A stretch of 61,055 bases of DNA. It comes from Bacteroidales bacterium. GTDB lineage: Bacteria > Bacteroidota > Bacteroidia > Bacteroidales > UBA12077. The number at the start of each line of letters is the position of its first letter. Position 1 is the first letter of the stretch. Location of the stretch: NCBI GenBank assembly GCA_046482855.1, contig JAWOEH010000150.1:1-61055 (forward strand). The letters run 5' to 3'. Below are positions 28,491-38,535 of the stretch, piece after piece. A program made the translations under genes and the position numbers. The notes below the pieces were generated by a model. The model did no database searches. It saw only the letters and a list, made by a program, of their open reading frames with translations, and was not told where the DNA came from.

Positions 28491-29396
28491 TTAAAAAAGA
28501 TCTTTAAGTTGGTTCAAGTGCGTGATAATATAATCGGGCTGCAATCCGTGTACGCGCTTATCATCAGTGCGTAATCGCAAGGAGCGTGCATCGCCTGCAA
28601 ACAAGGCTGTTTGTACGCCCGATTTTAAACCTGTATATACATCCTTTAGCATATCGTTCCCCACAAAAAGGGTCTCGTCAGGTAGAATGTCATATTTTTC
28701 GGCAAGCTGCTTTTTAAGGTGGTAAAACAAGTACGTGTCGGGCTTGCTCCTTTGTAATTTGTAAGAATAGCTACTCAAATCAGGGTCAAAACCTTTAATC
28801 TGTTCCTGCCCATCAAACTGTTCCCAGAGCAAATAGTTCATTATTAGCGGGGTATAAAACTGAGCATTCGAAACAATTCCCACGGGAATTTCTTTATCAT
28901 TCAGCCATGATATCATCTCAAGCGCCCCAGGCATAGGATAAACAGCATTACTGTACAGTTCAAAAACAAAAGCCAAAGAAGGGATATCAGGCTCTTGCTG
29001 CAAATACTCCACCCACCCTTTAAGCTTGGCAGTGGCAAGAAGTTCACGCCATACCTCTTGAATATCTACCTCGGGGTAAGGATGCCTGGAGGCCTTTTTA
29101 TGCTTATGCACAATAGTAACCAACTGGCTAAGCAATTTCTTTTCCTCATTCCCGGATGTATTCTTTATAAGGCTAACACCACCGGCCTTTAATGCACGTT
29201 GGAGGGCGTTGGACGATAATTTATCACGGTCAATATCGCCGCTTGCCGAGATGAGCAATGTGCCATAAATATCGAAAAGAACGGCTTTAATAGGAGCCTT
29301 TTTTTCAAGCTTCGGTTGAAGATTTGTGGGTTGCACCTGCATTGGTGCTAGTGAATTCAGAAAGTTGATGATAGATGGATCCAAGTTTTTTGCCAT
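28491..29396 (-). CDS. HAD-superfamily hydrolase, candidate GPG/MGPG phosphatase
   Basis: LFDIYGTL, GIVSNAQ, KPD and FVGNDMLKD motifs. Confidence 0.85.
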   Translation of the reverse strand: MAKNLDPSIINFLNSLAPMQVQPTNLQPKLEKKAPIKAVLFDIYGTLLISASGDIDRDKLSSNALQRALKAGGVSLIKNTSGNEEKKLLSQLVTIVHKHKKASRHPYPEVDIQEVWRELLATAKLKGWVEYLQQEPDIPSLAFVFELYSNAVYPMPGALEMISWLNDKEIPVGIVSNAQFYTPLIMNYLLWEQFDGQEQIKGFDPDLSSYSYKLQRSKPDTYLFYHLKKQLAEKYDILPDETLFVGNDMLKDVYTGLKSGVQTALFAGDARSLRLRTDDKRVHGLQPDYIITHLNQLKDLF

Positions 29397-30657
29397 ATTG
29401 TTCGAGTGAATAATGCTGTTTTACTCGTGTAATATTTGCTTCAACTACTCCTGGTTCATTCACGTCCATTAGGTGGTGGAGATGAGGATTTCGTTGAAAG
29501 ATGTCCATCTTATCAACATCTCCTTTAATAATTTGTTTAATGAAACTCATCTGTTCTTCAGCAATAATATCCTTAAAATCCTTCTCCTCATTCCTATCTT
29601 CAACCAGCAAAGTGTCATATAAATTGGGAAACCGAAAACCCAGGGAAATAAAGTCATCCACTACGTAGGGAAGCCGGCGACCTATGACCGGGGTTCCATA
29701 CATCCAAGGCTCCATAAAGGCCATCCCGAACCCTTCGCGAACGCTTGTTGTAATACAAAAATCAGAGCCTTTCATCAGGGTAGGAAAGTCCAGTTTGGTT
29801 CCCACTTCGAAGTGGATAGGCAGATCGTACTTAGCAGCAAAGTTTTGCCATTTTTCATAGTCGCGCACCTCTTGGGGATTCTTAGGTGGCAGGGTTACCA
29901 GCCAGTGAATCTGATCTTCAAACAACACCGATAACAATACTAATTCCCCTATATTTTTTCTTCGGATCACACGTACCGGATAGGTTACAATGCGCTTCCC
30001 TGCCTCCAGGTGTAACTCCTTGCTCAATTTTTCCTTGGCCTCTTCCCGCTCCTGCACTGTAGGCACAACAACTTGTTGTATGGGATTGGGCAGGTAATGA
30101 ATATGATCCTCGGGCAAATTATAAGAGGATATTCGCTTAAGATCATAAGAGTTTAAAACGGCAAAACGGTAATTCTCAAGCGTAGGATATAATACGCCTT
30201 TTAGGGGCTCATTGAAATGCACTTCAATAATATCCTTCAGAAACTTCCAGTTGTTTGGTCTGTCCTCAGCAAAATCGTGGCAATGATTGATCACCTTAAG
30301 CCCCCGCTGCGCCAAATACGAAACGGCATAGGTTAAAACCGGATTTTTTCCCAGGTTTAGATTATGCGCATGCAAGACATCCTCTTTGCCTATGTGGTAA
30401 TAGAGAAAACCCAGCAAACTATGAAACAGATCATTGACATCCACGTCATCCAGATCGTCCTCAAACAGATAGTTTAATTTTGGATTCTCAATTACGTTTA
30501 TTCCTTGCTCCTGCAAGGCCGCTTTATCGGGACAATATCCGGTAAGCACCTGCAATTGCATATCGGGGAACTGCGTACGAAGACTTTCAATTTGTGACTC
30601 GATAACACGAGAAACTCCTCCTGGATGAAGGTGATAATGAAGAATATGTATTTTCAT
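29305..30657 (-). CDS. GT4-like glycosyltransferase (MggA-like candidate)
   Basis: HYHLHPGGVSRVI, HNLNLGKN, YPVRVIRRKNIGE and SVREGFGMAFMEPW motifs. Confidence 0.85.
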   Translation of the reverse strand: MKIHILHYHLHPGGVSRVIESQIESLRTQFPDMQLQVLTGYCPDKAALQEQGINVIENPKLNYLFEDDLDDVDVNDLFHSLLGFLYYHIGKEDVLHAHNLNLGKNPVLTYAVSYLAQRGLKVINHCHDFAEDRPNNWKFLKDIIEVHFNEPLKGVLYPTLENYRFAVLNSYDLKRISSYNLPEDHIHYLPNPIQQVVVPTVQEREEAKEKLSKELHLEAGKRIVTYPVRVIRRKNIGELVLLSVLFEDQIHWLVTLPPKNPQEVRDYEKWQNFAAKYDLPIHFEVGTKLDFPTLMKGSDFCITTSVREGFGMAFMEPWMYGTPVIGRRLPYVVDDFISLGFRFPNLYDTLLVEDRNEEKDFKDIIAEEQMSFIKQIIKGDVDKMDIFQRNPHLHHLMDVNEPGVVEANITRVKQHYSLEQYGKKLGSIYHQLSEFTSTNAGATHKSSTEA

Positions 30658-30770
30658 CTCATTTTATTTGGTTCCAGATTTTAAGTATGCAGTTGGTATA
30701 CATCTCTCAACGTGCGATTGTTTTAACTTCTGCCTTTGTTTTTTAATTACCCACCTGAAACACGTTTCTA

Positions 30771-30778
30771 CAAATTTA
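30771..30778 (-). promoter_or_regulatory. TAnnTTTG -7 promoter element for the osmolyte operon
   Basis: TAAATTTG on the minus strand, about 115 bp upstream of the GT4 start. Confidence 0.45.
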
Positions 30779-30941
30779 CTATAATTCGTCGGTATAAAAA
30801 AGAAGCCTTAGCCAAGCTGTTTTCGCTATGCCCAGTCAATCGTCCTCAAATACTACTCAAAAATACGTAAGCACAATGCCAAAGCCAAACGATACAAGCC
30901 TCTGTCATTAAAATCGGCACCCAATTAGTGTGGCGCAGTAT

Positions 30942-33413
30942 TTAATAGGGATCCACATTCAGGTTTATGCGTAAGGCACCAAAGCGTCTCTCTTGCTCCA
31001 GCAGGTCAATTTGTTCACGCAAGATCTCTTTCGCCTTTTGAAAAGAAGCTGACCGTGGCACTTTTAATACGAACTGCAAAATGTGGTAGGTTTGGATTCG
31101 GCCAATAAGAGGCTTTTGTGGGCCAAGTGTAATGCCCGGAAAACGATTTTGCAACAGAGGAGCTAAGAAGCTGGTAGCGCGACGCAAAAGTTGTTCATCC
31201 TTGTGTTTCAGGGTTACCTCTATCAAGCGGTAAAAAGGGGGATACGCAAAGCTTTTTCGCTCAATTAGCTGTTCTTTGTACATGGACAGATAATCGTTTT
31301 CCAGCACCTGCTTCAACACAGAGTGCTCCGGATGATTGGTCTGCACAAACACTTTCCCTTGCTTGTGTTTTCTGCCGGCACGTCCACTCACCTGCGCCAG
31401 GAGCTGAAAACTTCGTTCATAGGCTCTGAAATCAGGGAAAAACATAAGATTATCAGCATTCAGAATCCCTACCAAATGTACACGATCAAAATCGAGCCCT
31501 TTGGAAACCATCTGAGTACCAATCAACACATCGATATGTCCTTCCTGAAAATCGCCAATAATTTGTTGATATGCATGTTTCTTGCGTGTAGCATCTAAAT
31601 CGAGTCTTGCCACTTTGGCTTTAGGGAATAACAACTGTACCTCATCCTCAATTTTTTCCGTCCCAAACCCCTTGGTTGCCAATTTATGACTTCCACAAGC
31701 CCCGCACCGAACAGGGAGCGGTTCAGCATGGCCACAATAATGACAAACCAGCTTATTCCCGTATTTGTGGTACGTAAGGCTTACGTCGCAATCATTACAT
31801 CGTGGAATCCAGCCGCAAATTTCACACTCCACAAAAGGAGAAAATCCTCGTCGATTTTGAAAAAGGATAACCTGTTCTTTGTTCTCCAGTGCAACATTCA
31901 TAGCATTAAACAAATCGGCAGTAAAAATGGATTTCATCTTACGCTGTCGTCTTGCCTTTTGCGTATCGGCAAGGACAATTTGCGGAAGTTTTATATCCTG
32001 ATAACGACTGAATAGCTCAACTAAATGATACTTCCCCGCGCGAGCATTAAAGTAACTCTCAATGGAGGGGGTTGCTGTTCCCAGCAGTACCTGAGCTCCA
32101 TGGTAACGCGCCAGCACAATAGCTGCATCGCGGGCATGATAGCGGGGAGCAGGATCATATTGTTTGTAAGAGTTCTCGTGCTCCTCATCTACAATAATTA
32201 ACCCCAGGTTGTTAAAGGGCAAAAAAATAGAGGAACGAACCCCCAGGATCACCTGATATTTCTTTTCGTCGTCGTCATTTAGCAAATTGTGATAGGTTTC
32301 CACTCTTTCCGCATCGCTGAATTTGGAGTGATAGATGCCTACCTTATCGCCAAAAACAGCCTTTAATCGTTGAATAATCTGGGTAGTAAGCGCAATTTCG
32401 GGCAACAGATACAACACCTGCTCACCCTTCTTGAGAGCAGCATTTATCAGATGAATATAAATTTCCGTCTTTCCACTGGATGTTACCCCGTGTAATAAAA
32501 CCACTTTCCCATCGGAAAAACCCTTTTCAGCATCTTCCTTGGCCTCTTGCTGCGCCGGGCTGAGATCTTTAATGGGAATACTCCCTTTCTCCATTAACGA
32601 CAGTCGACTTACCTCAACGCTCTCCTCTTTCAGGAAACCCTTGTCAACCAACGCCTTAATGCCATGCGTCTTCCCTTCAATCAACTTTAAAAACTGCGAA
32701 CGTTTGAGAAAAGGTTCAGGGTTAGCCGAAAAATGACGGCTGGTTTGCAGGAACTTCATGAGAACTTCCAACTGTTTGGGAGCACGTTCCAAGGCTAAGA
32801 ACGCCTCCTCCAGATGTTTGCCCTCAGCATAAGCTGGTGGCAGGGATAAAATCCGTTCCTCTTTAGCCTTATAAGTTTCGCGCAGGCGCTCCTGCATAAT
32901 CACAAGCCCCTTATCAACCAATCGTTTCAATGCAGCATGAGGCACCTGTCCCTGCATGGCATCACGCAATTCATGCAGACGAACCCCACTTTGCTCACGA
33001 AGGTAATCGAGTAACAGCATTTCACTACTGCCCAAGTCAACAATTTCGACTTCATCAGCGTGATAAAACACATAGGTATCGCTTTCCATTTTCAATCCTG
33101 CAGGAAGGGCTGCTTTATACAAGTCGCCAAGGCAAGCCATGTAATAGTGTGCAATCCACTCCCACAATTTCTGTTGAAAAGGAATCAATACAGGTGCTTC
33201 ATCAAGAACTTCGGTAAGATCTTTAACCGGCGAATAATCAGGTTTTCGATTATGCACCTCCCAAATGAGTCCGGTATAATACTTTCGTTTGCCAAATTGA
33301 ACTACCACCCGCTTTCCAGGAGAGACCTGAGCAGCCAACCCTTCCGGAACATGATAAGTGTATGGCCTGGGAACAGCCAGAGGTAAAACAATATCAGCAT
33401 AAGTTTGGGTCAT
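30942..33413 (-). CDS. priA: Primosomal protein N'
   Basis: LHGVTSSGKTE, DEEHE, zinc CxxC motifs, GFGTE and QVSGRAGR. Confidence 0.97.
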   Translation of the reverse strand: MTQTYADIVLPLAVPRPYTYHVPEGLAAQVSPGKRVVVQFGKRKYYTGLIWEVHNRKPDYSPVKDLTEVLDEAPVLIPFQQKLWEWIAHYYMACLGDLYKAALPAGLKMESDTYVFYHADEVEIVDLGSSEMLLLDYLREQSGVRLHELRDAMQGQVPHAALKRLVDKGLVIMQERLRETYKAKEERILSLPPAYAEGKHLEEAFLALERAPKQLEVLMKFLQTSRHFSANPEPFLKRSQFLKLIEGKTHGIKALVDKGFLKEESVEVSRLSLMEKGSIPIKDLSPAQQEAKEDAEKGFSDGKVVLLHGVTSSGKTEIYIHLINAALKKGEQVLYLLPEIALTTQIIQRLKAVFGDKVGIYHSKFSDAERVETYHNLLNDDDEKKYQVILGVRSSIFLPFNNLGLIIVDEEHENSYKQYDPAPRYHARDAAIVLARYHGAQVLLGTATPSIESYFNARAGKYHLVELFSRYQDIKLPQIVLADTQKARRQRKMKSIFTADLFNAMNVALENKEQVILFQNRRGFSPFVECEICGWIPRCNDCDVSLTYHKYGNKLVCHYCGHAEPLPVRCGACGSHKLATKGFGTEKIEDEVQLLFPKAKVARLDLDATRKKHAYQQIIGDFQEGHIDVLIGTQMVSKGLDFDRVHLVGILNADNLMFFPDFRAYERSFQLLAQVSGRAGRKHKQGKVFVQTNHPEHSVLKQVLENDYLSMYKEQLIERKSFAYPPFYRLIEVTLKHKDEQLLRRATSFLAPLLQNRFPGITLGPQKPLIGRIQTYHILQFVLKVPRSASFQKAKEILREQIDLLEQERRFGALRINLNVDPY

Positions 33414-33424
33414 ACAAATGAATC

Positions 33425-34405
33425 CTAAACATTAAGCACATCAATAAGCTCAATCAGATGCTTATTGAGCTCTTTGTTATGCTTTATAGTCCGATTAAAA
33501 GGCACGTGCACCACTTCGCGATTCATAAATCCTACCATAATATTACGTTGGGTATCGAGCAGCGCATCAACCGCTGCCACCCCTAACTGAGAGGCCATAA
33601 CCCGATCGAATGCCGAAGGCTTACCCCCTCGCTGAATGTGTCCCAGTACAGTAACCCGAATATCGTAATCTGAAAAATCCTCACGTACCTTCTCAGCTAA
33701 CCCGAAAGCACCTCCCGACTCATCGCCTTCAGCCACAAGTATAATATTGCTGGCTTTTTTCCTTCGCTTGCCGGACTCCAGGTAATTACGAAGCTGCGTG
33801 ATGTCACGTTGTATTTCAGGAATGAGTATCGCCTCGGCTCCACAAGCAATCCCGCCACGAAGGGCTAAAAAACCGGCATCACGCCCCATAACCTCAATAA
33901 AAAACAAACGATTATGCGAACTGGCCGTATCCCGTATCTTATCCACAGCCTCCACAATTGTATTCAACGCCGTATCATAGCCTATGGTATAGTCGGTACC
34001 ATACAGATCATTGTCGATGGTACCGGGAATGCCCACAACGGGAAAATCAAACTCTTCGCCAAAAATACGGGCGCCTTTGAAGGTTCCGTCACCGCCAATG
34101 ACTATGAGAGCATCAATCTCAGCTTTCTTCAGGTTATCGAAAGCAGCTTTGCGCCCCTCCTCGGTTTTAAATTCTTCGCTTCGAAAAGTCTTCAGAATAG
34201 TACCGCCATTTTGGATGATATCACTTACATCCTTGCTGATAAGTTCCTGAAAATGTGATCCTATAAGCCCCTTATATCCATGCCGAATGCCAACAGGGGT
34301 AATATCGTGATAAATAGCAGTTCGCACCACCGCACGTATGGCGGCATTCATTCCAGGGGCATCGCCTCCGGAAGTTAATACGCCTAATTTTTTTATTTTT
34401 CCCAT
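33425..34405 (-). CDS. pfkA: ATP-dependent 6-phosphofructokinase
   Basis: TSGGDAPGMN, GGDGT, PGTIDND, EVMGR and LGHIQRGG. Confidence 0.97.
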   Translation of the reverse strand: MGKIKKLGVLTSGGDAPGMNAAIRAVVRTAIYHDITPVGIRHGYKGLIGSHFQELISKDVSDIIQNGGTILKTFRSEEFKTEEGRKAAFDNLKKAEIDALIVIGGDGTFKGARIFGEEFDFPVVGIPGTIDNDLYGTDYTIGYDTALNTIVEAVDKIRDTASSHNRLFFIEVMGRDAGFLALRGGIACGAEAILIPEIQRDITQLRNYLESGKRRKKASNIILVAEGDESGGAFGLAEKVREDFSDYDIRVTVLGHIQRGGKPSAFDRVMASQLGVAAVDALLDTQRNIMVGFMNREVVHVPFNRTIKHNKELNKHLIELIDVLNV

Positions 34406-34451
34406 TGCTCAATCAATTAAAGTCTCACAATTTACATTTTTTCAGCGTCAT

Positions 34452-35339
34452 TTAGTTGCTTTTGCTGTCAATCTCTTTAATCGCTTCGGCTACTTGCTGC
34501 ATAAGCCAGCGAGGAGTAGACGTAGCGCCGCAAATCCCAACATGCGCAACATTCCGAAACCACTCGTTTCCCAACTCCCCGACATCGGACACAAAGTAGG
34601 TATTGGGGTTTTCCTCTTTACATACCTGGTACAGCATATTTCCATTGGAGCTCTTTTTACCGCTCACAAAAACAACCACCTGATGTTTCCGGACAAACTC
34701 CTGAAGCTGGGGTTTTCGATGTGCCACCTGACGACAAATCGTATCATTGGCTTCAAAAGGTACCTCCTCGGTGCCAAAAGCTTCCTGCATGCGGCGTAAA
34801 ATACGGCGCTTCATATCGTAAAACCCTTCCAATGATTTTGTAGTTTGTGAAAACAAATAAATGGGCCTAGAGAAATCCACCTTCTCCAGGTCCTCAGGCG
34901 AACCAATAACAATTGCCTCTCCATTGGTTTGCCCAACCAGTCCGTTTACTTCGGCATGCCCTTTCTTTCCATAAATCAGCACTTGCCCCTTGGCTTTTCG
35001 CACCTCATCAAATCTTTTTTTTATGTTGTTTTGCAAACGCAAAACAACAGGACACGAAGCATCAATAAGCTCAATGTTGTTTTTCAACGCTAACTGATAA
35101 GTTAAAGGAGGCTCGCCATGAGCCCGCAATAGCACTTTGCAATTTTTCAGCTTTGCAAATTCCTCGTGATTAATCGTTTTTAACCCTTTTGCCTGCAAGC
35201 GTGCCACCTCTGCATTATTATGTACAATATCTCCCAGACAATAAAGCACTTCCTCATTCTCCAGTGCCTGTTCGGCCAATTCAATGGCATTTACAACACC
35301 AAAACAAAATCCCGAATTTTTATCAATTTCAATTTTCAT
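34452..35339 (-). CDS. ispH: 4-hydroxy-3-methylbut-2-enyl diphosphate reductase
   Basis: GFCFGV, IVHN, RAHG, DASCP, HAEV, DTIC, SSN and ATSTP. Confidence 0.96.
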   Translation of the reverse strand: MKIEIDKNSGFCFGVVNAIELAEQALENEEVLYCLGDIVHNNAEVARLQAKGLKTINHEEFAKLKNCKVLLRAHGEPPLTYQLALKNNIELIDASCPVVLRLQNNIKKRFDEVRKAKGQVLIYGKKGHAEVNGLVGQTNGEAIVIGSPEDLEKVDFSRPIYLFSQTTKSLEGFYDMKRRILRRMQEAFGTEEVPFEANDTICRQVAHRKPQLQEFVRKHQVVVFVSGKKSSNGNMLYQVCKEENPNTYFVSDVGELGNEWFRNVAHVGICGATSTPRWLMQQVAEAIKEIDSKSN

Positions 35340-35376
35340 CCTGTTTTCTTTAAGCTTCTAATACATATCGGAAAGA

Positions 35377-36069
35377 TCATGTACGAAGTGTCTTTCGAAC
35401 AAGTGCCAGTGCCCATTTAAACTGCTCCTCTCTGGTCATTTGGCTATTATCCAGATCCACGGCGTCTTCTGCTCGTCGAAGGGGGCTCTCGCTACGGTTC
35501 TCGTCCATGAAATCACGCTCCCGGATGTTCTGCTCCACCTCCTGATAGGAAACCTCACGTCCCTGTGCCTGCAGTTCCTCATAGCGTCGCTGAGCACGTG
35601 CCTCTGCATCAGCATTCATAAAGATCTTAACTTGTGCATTGGGAAAAACAACAGTCCCAATATCACGGCCATCCATCACAATCCCGCCTTGTCTGCCCAT
35701 ATCTTGTTGCAATTCAACCATTTTTTTTCGAACAAATCCCAAAGCACTAATTTGACTCACCCATGAGGAAACTTCCATGCCCCGTATCGCTCCTTCAACC
35801 TGTTGCCCATTTAGCAACACCTCTTGCTCCCCATTGCCTGAATTTCGTTGAAACGAAATTTGAATAACATCAAGCATCTTCATCAGTCGGGCTTCATTAA
35901 TTTCGTCCTGCTCCGTATCAATTATATTGTTTTTAAGCGCAAACAGCGTAACGGCCCGATACATTGCTCCCGTATCAATATATTTATAGTTCAATTCTCT
36001 GGCAAGATCTTTTGCCAGGGTACTTTTTCCACTTGACGAATAACCGTCGATTGCTATAATTAGGTTCAT
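35377..36069 (-). CDS. cmk: Cytidylate kinase
   Basis: IAIDGYSSSGKST, DTGAMYR and DGRDIGTVVFP. Confidence 0.97.
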   Translation of the reverse strand: MNLIIAIDGYSSSGKSTLAKDLARELNYKYIDTGAMYRAVTLFALKNNIIDTEQDEINEARLMKMLDVIQISFQRNSGNGEQEVLLNGQQVEGAIRGMEVSSWVSQISALGFVRKKMVELQQDMGRQGGIVMDGRDIGTVVFPNAQVKIFMNADAEARAQRRYEELQAQGREVSYQEVEQNIRERDFMDENRSESPLRRAEDAVDLDNSQMTREEQFKWALALVRKTLRT

Positions 36070-36243
36070 TGATTATCCTTTTCTCTTTTTTAATGTTAAC
36101 ACACTCAATTGCGAGAATTTATAAAAACTACACAAACATTCGAAAAGATCTTTTCGAAACCGCATCAAAGGTAAAACGAAAATCAGAAAAGCCCGTCGGA
36201 TTATGTTCCTTAATCTCCAACAGTCTCATAGCTATTGAAATTG

Positions 36244-37287
36244 CTACTGCAAAAAATGCTGCAAATTAGTGCTTACCGAGAATTGATTTGTCGCTCCAGC
36301 CAAGTGATAAGTACTTCGACCATAGGCCAACCGGAACTGGGCAATTTTTATTCCAAAGCCCCATGAAAAACCTACTGTAGAAGTTTTGCTCTCGACCAAA
36401 AGCTCCTGTCGTCGTCGGTAGTTATAGCCGGCATTTACCCATAAGTTGTTTAAAGGTGTAAATTCAACCCCGATAATTACATGCCGCATAAACATGTCGG
36501 CCCATTTATCAACGCCCTTCTTACGTAGTACTTCGCCGGTTATAGGGTCGGTATTCTTCTCATCGGCAAACTCACTTTTATAAGTCAGATCAAGTGTTTC
36601 AAGGTGATCAAACAACACAACAAAGCGTAACGGAGCGTTTTCCAACTTTTGCGAAAACCCGGCCTGAATATTTAAGGGTAAGGATTCCCGGGTATCAGCA
36701 TAGGATGTAAGTTGCATACCCAGATTCTTTACCACCAAGGCAGCTGCAAAGTTTCCGCGGGGATAGAGAATGCCCAAATCGAAGGCGATACCCAAAGAGG
36801 TATATTGTTCCAGGTGTGAAAATAAGGGTTTTACACTAATACCCGCAACAAACACAGAATCGAGCATCGGCCGTGCATAACTTAAGCGAAAGGCATAATC
36901 GGCAGCAGAAAAGTTTCCCTCGACAATACCTTGCTCGTTAGCCCGCTTAAATGTACCATAGTGCATATACTGGAGCCCGGCGCTAAAGGTAGCATCCCGC
37001 CAATTTGCTACATAATTAACAGATCCATAATTTATATCAGAAAAGTAATTGACATAATTCAAAGCCAACTGCCCCCTCATCGAAGATTTAATTAAAGCAG
37101 GATTTTCATGTATCATGGAAATATCATTGTCGTCAAGGGCAATAACTTTCCCTCCCAACGCCGCAACTCGTGCTCCCTGAGTAAGTTCCAGGAAGCCATA
37201 AGCATGACGTCCTCCGTACTGTGCCTGAACGCACAATGACACGAACAATCCCATGAGCAATAGCAAATATGACCGGCCTCTTTTCAT
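36244..37287 (-). CDS. porQ: Type IX secretion system protein PorQ
   Basis: Signal peptide, ARVAALGG, NPAL, NYVNYFSDIN and GYNYRRRQEL. Conserved position upstream of cmk. Confidence 0.8.
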   Translation of the reverse strand: MKRGRSYLLLLMGLFVSLCVQAQYGGRHAYGFLELTQGARVAALGGKVIALDDNDISMIHENPALIKSSMRGQLALNYVNYFSDINYGSVNYVANWRDATFSAGLQYMHYGTFKRANEQGIVEGNFSAADYAFRLSYARPMLDSVFVAGISVKPLFSHLEQYTSLGIAFDLGILYPRGNFAAALVVKNLGMQLTSYADTRESLPLNIQAGFSQKLENAPLRFVVLFDHLETLDLTYKSEFADEKNTDPITGEVLRKKGVDKWADMFMRHVIIGVEFTPLNNLWVNAGYNYRRRQELLVESKTSTVGFSWGFGIKIAQFRLAYGRSTYHLAGATNQFSVSTNLQHFLQ

Positions 37288-37370
37288 CTTTCCAATAGTT
37301 CTTAAACACGAAAGATCTGTAAAGATAGTATTTATCTTACATAATTTGGAAACGACCGGAATAGTATTCT

Positions 37371-38522
37371 TTACTTCAGGGGCAGCTCTTTTATGGTGCC
37401 TGCCAACAAGCGTGTGGGTTCAAAAGAGCTGGAAAATGAGGCTCTGCTCTCTACCAGGTGAAACAAAAAATGCCCAGTAGCATTATCCACCCACTTACGA
37501 AACTTCCAATTACTCTGTTGATGTTTGGGAATATAATCCACCAAACGCTCAATTTCAAAACTCGTGGCTTGGATTCCTGCCCCTGAAATAATCGCATCCA
37601 CAGCGTTGCACTGCTGCTCATAGTGCCCGAATGTGGGTACCATCAGCACAGGCTTCCCCATATACATGGCTTCGCATACCGATTCAAAACCAGCTGTGGT
37701 AACCACCCCTTTGCATTTGCTCATGAAATCGATAAACTTCGTATCGCTCAAACGATGAAAAATCAGATTCCGATGCATCAAGGTCTCTTCTTGGGCTTCC
37801 TGATTATCCCAAAAGAAATGGGCTTTCTCTGCTGGATCTTTCCTATGCCAGGCAATTACTTCCTCGGCATAAGCTTTATTAAGTAAATACCCCAGGATAA
37901 AGTTCCCCCTCTGAGGCGAGGTATCCAATACCATCTTACGGAGCAGCGGGGGCGTGACTACTAACCGCTTATCAGCCTTATCGGGCATATCTCTAAAACT
38001 CAATGCCAGAATTTTGTGGGCTTTTATCGCAGTAAGTCGGGTATGCCACTTTAATAGCTGTCGTTGAAATACTCCGCCACGAGGGAAAGGAAAATCGGGG
38101 TGCAATGTTAGATATTGATGCCCCACACAAACAAAAGGAATTTCAGGCGAATAAAAATAATAGGTTAACCCACCCAGTACATCGTAAAAATTGACCACCA
38201 TATCGGGCCTGATCTCTTCAAGTACCTCTCTTACCTTTCTGACACTGCTCATAAACAGCGGTAACTTCAACAAATTACGGACAATTGTTTTGGCAAGTCG
38301 AACCTTACGTCCCTTACGATCCAAAACAAAATTGGGGCTGGGCAGAGAGATGGATCGACCTTTAAATTCCTCTTGGATGAATCGGGGAATCAAACGCCCT
38401 TCACTTGATCCTATCAGCACTTTCTCAACCGTATGCCCCCGGGATTCCAAAATAGTTTTTAAACTTACGGCCTGTGTCATATGACCTCGCCCCTCACCCT
38501 GAATAATAAATACAAAACGCAT
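37371..38522 (-). CDS. GT-B glycosyltransferase (MJ1255/GT28-like)
   Basis: MRFVFIIQGEGRGH and TTAGFESVCEAMYMGKP..HYEQQCNA. ATG at 38522. Confidence 0.85.
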   Translation of the reverse strand: MRFVFIIQGEGRGHMTQAVSLKTILESRGHTVEKVLIGSSEGRLIPRFIQEEFKGRSISLPSPNFVLDRKGRKVRLAKTIVRNLLKLPLFMSSVRKVREVLEEIRPDMVVNFYDVLGGLTYYFYSPEIPFVCVGHQYLTLHPDFPFPRGGVFQRQLLKWHTRLTAIKAHKILALSFRDMPDKADKRLVVTPPLLRKMVLDTSPQRGNFILGYLLNKAYAEEVIAWHRKDPAEKAHFFWDNQEAQEETLMHRNLIFHRLSDTKFIDFMSKCKGVVTTAGFESVCEAMYMGKPVLMVPTFGHYEQQCNAVDAIISGAGIQATSFEIERLVDYIPKHQQSNWKFRKWVDNATGHFLFHLVESRASFSSSFEPTRLLAGTIKELPLK

Positions 38523-38535
38523 AGCTAACTTTCTT

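Noticed and set aside
30756-30770. parS-like palindrome (GAAACACGTTTC)
   Set aside because: It does not match TGTTTCACGTGAAACA. I saw no convincing parS near parAB, although a visual scan is not exhaustive.
36069-36269. 66-aa plus-strand ORF between cmk and porQ
   Set aside because: It has a TTG start, runs antisense to both neighbours, overlaps the cmk promoter region and has no motif.
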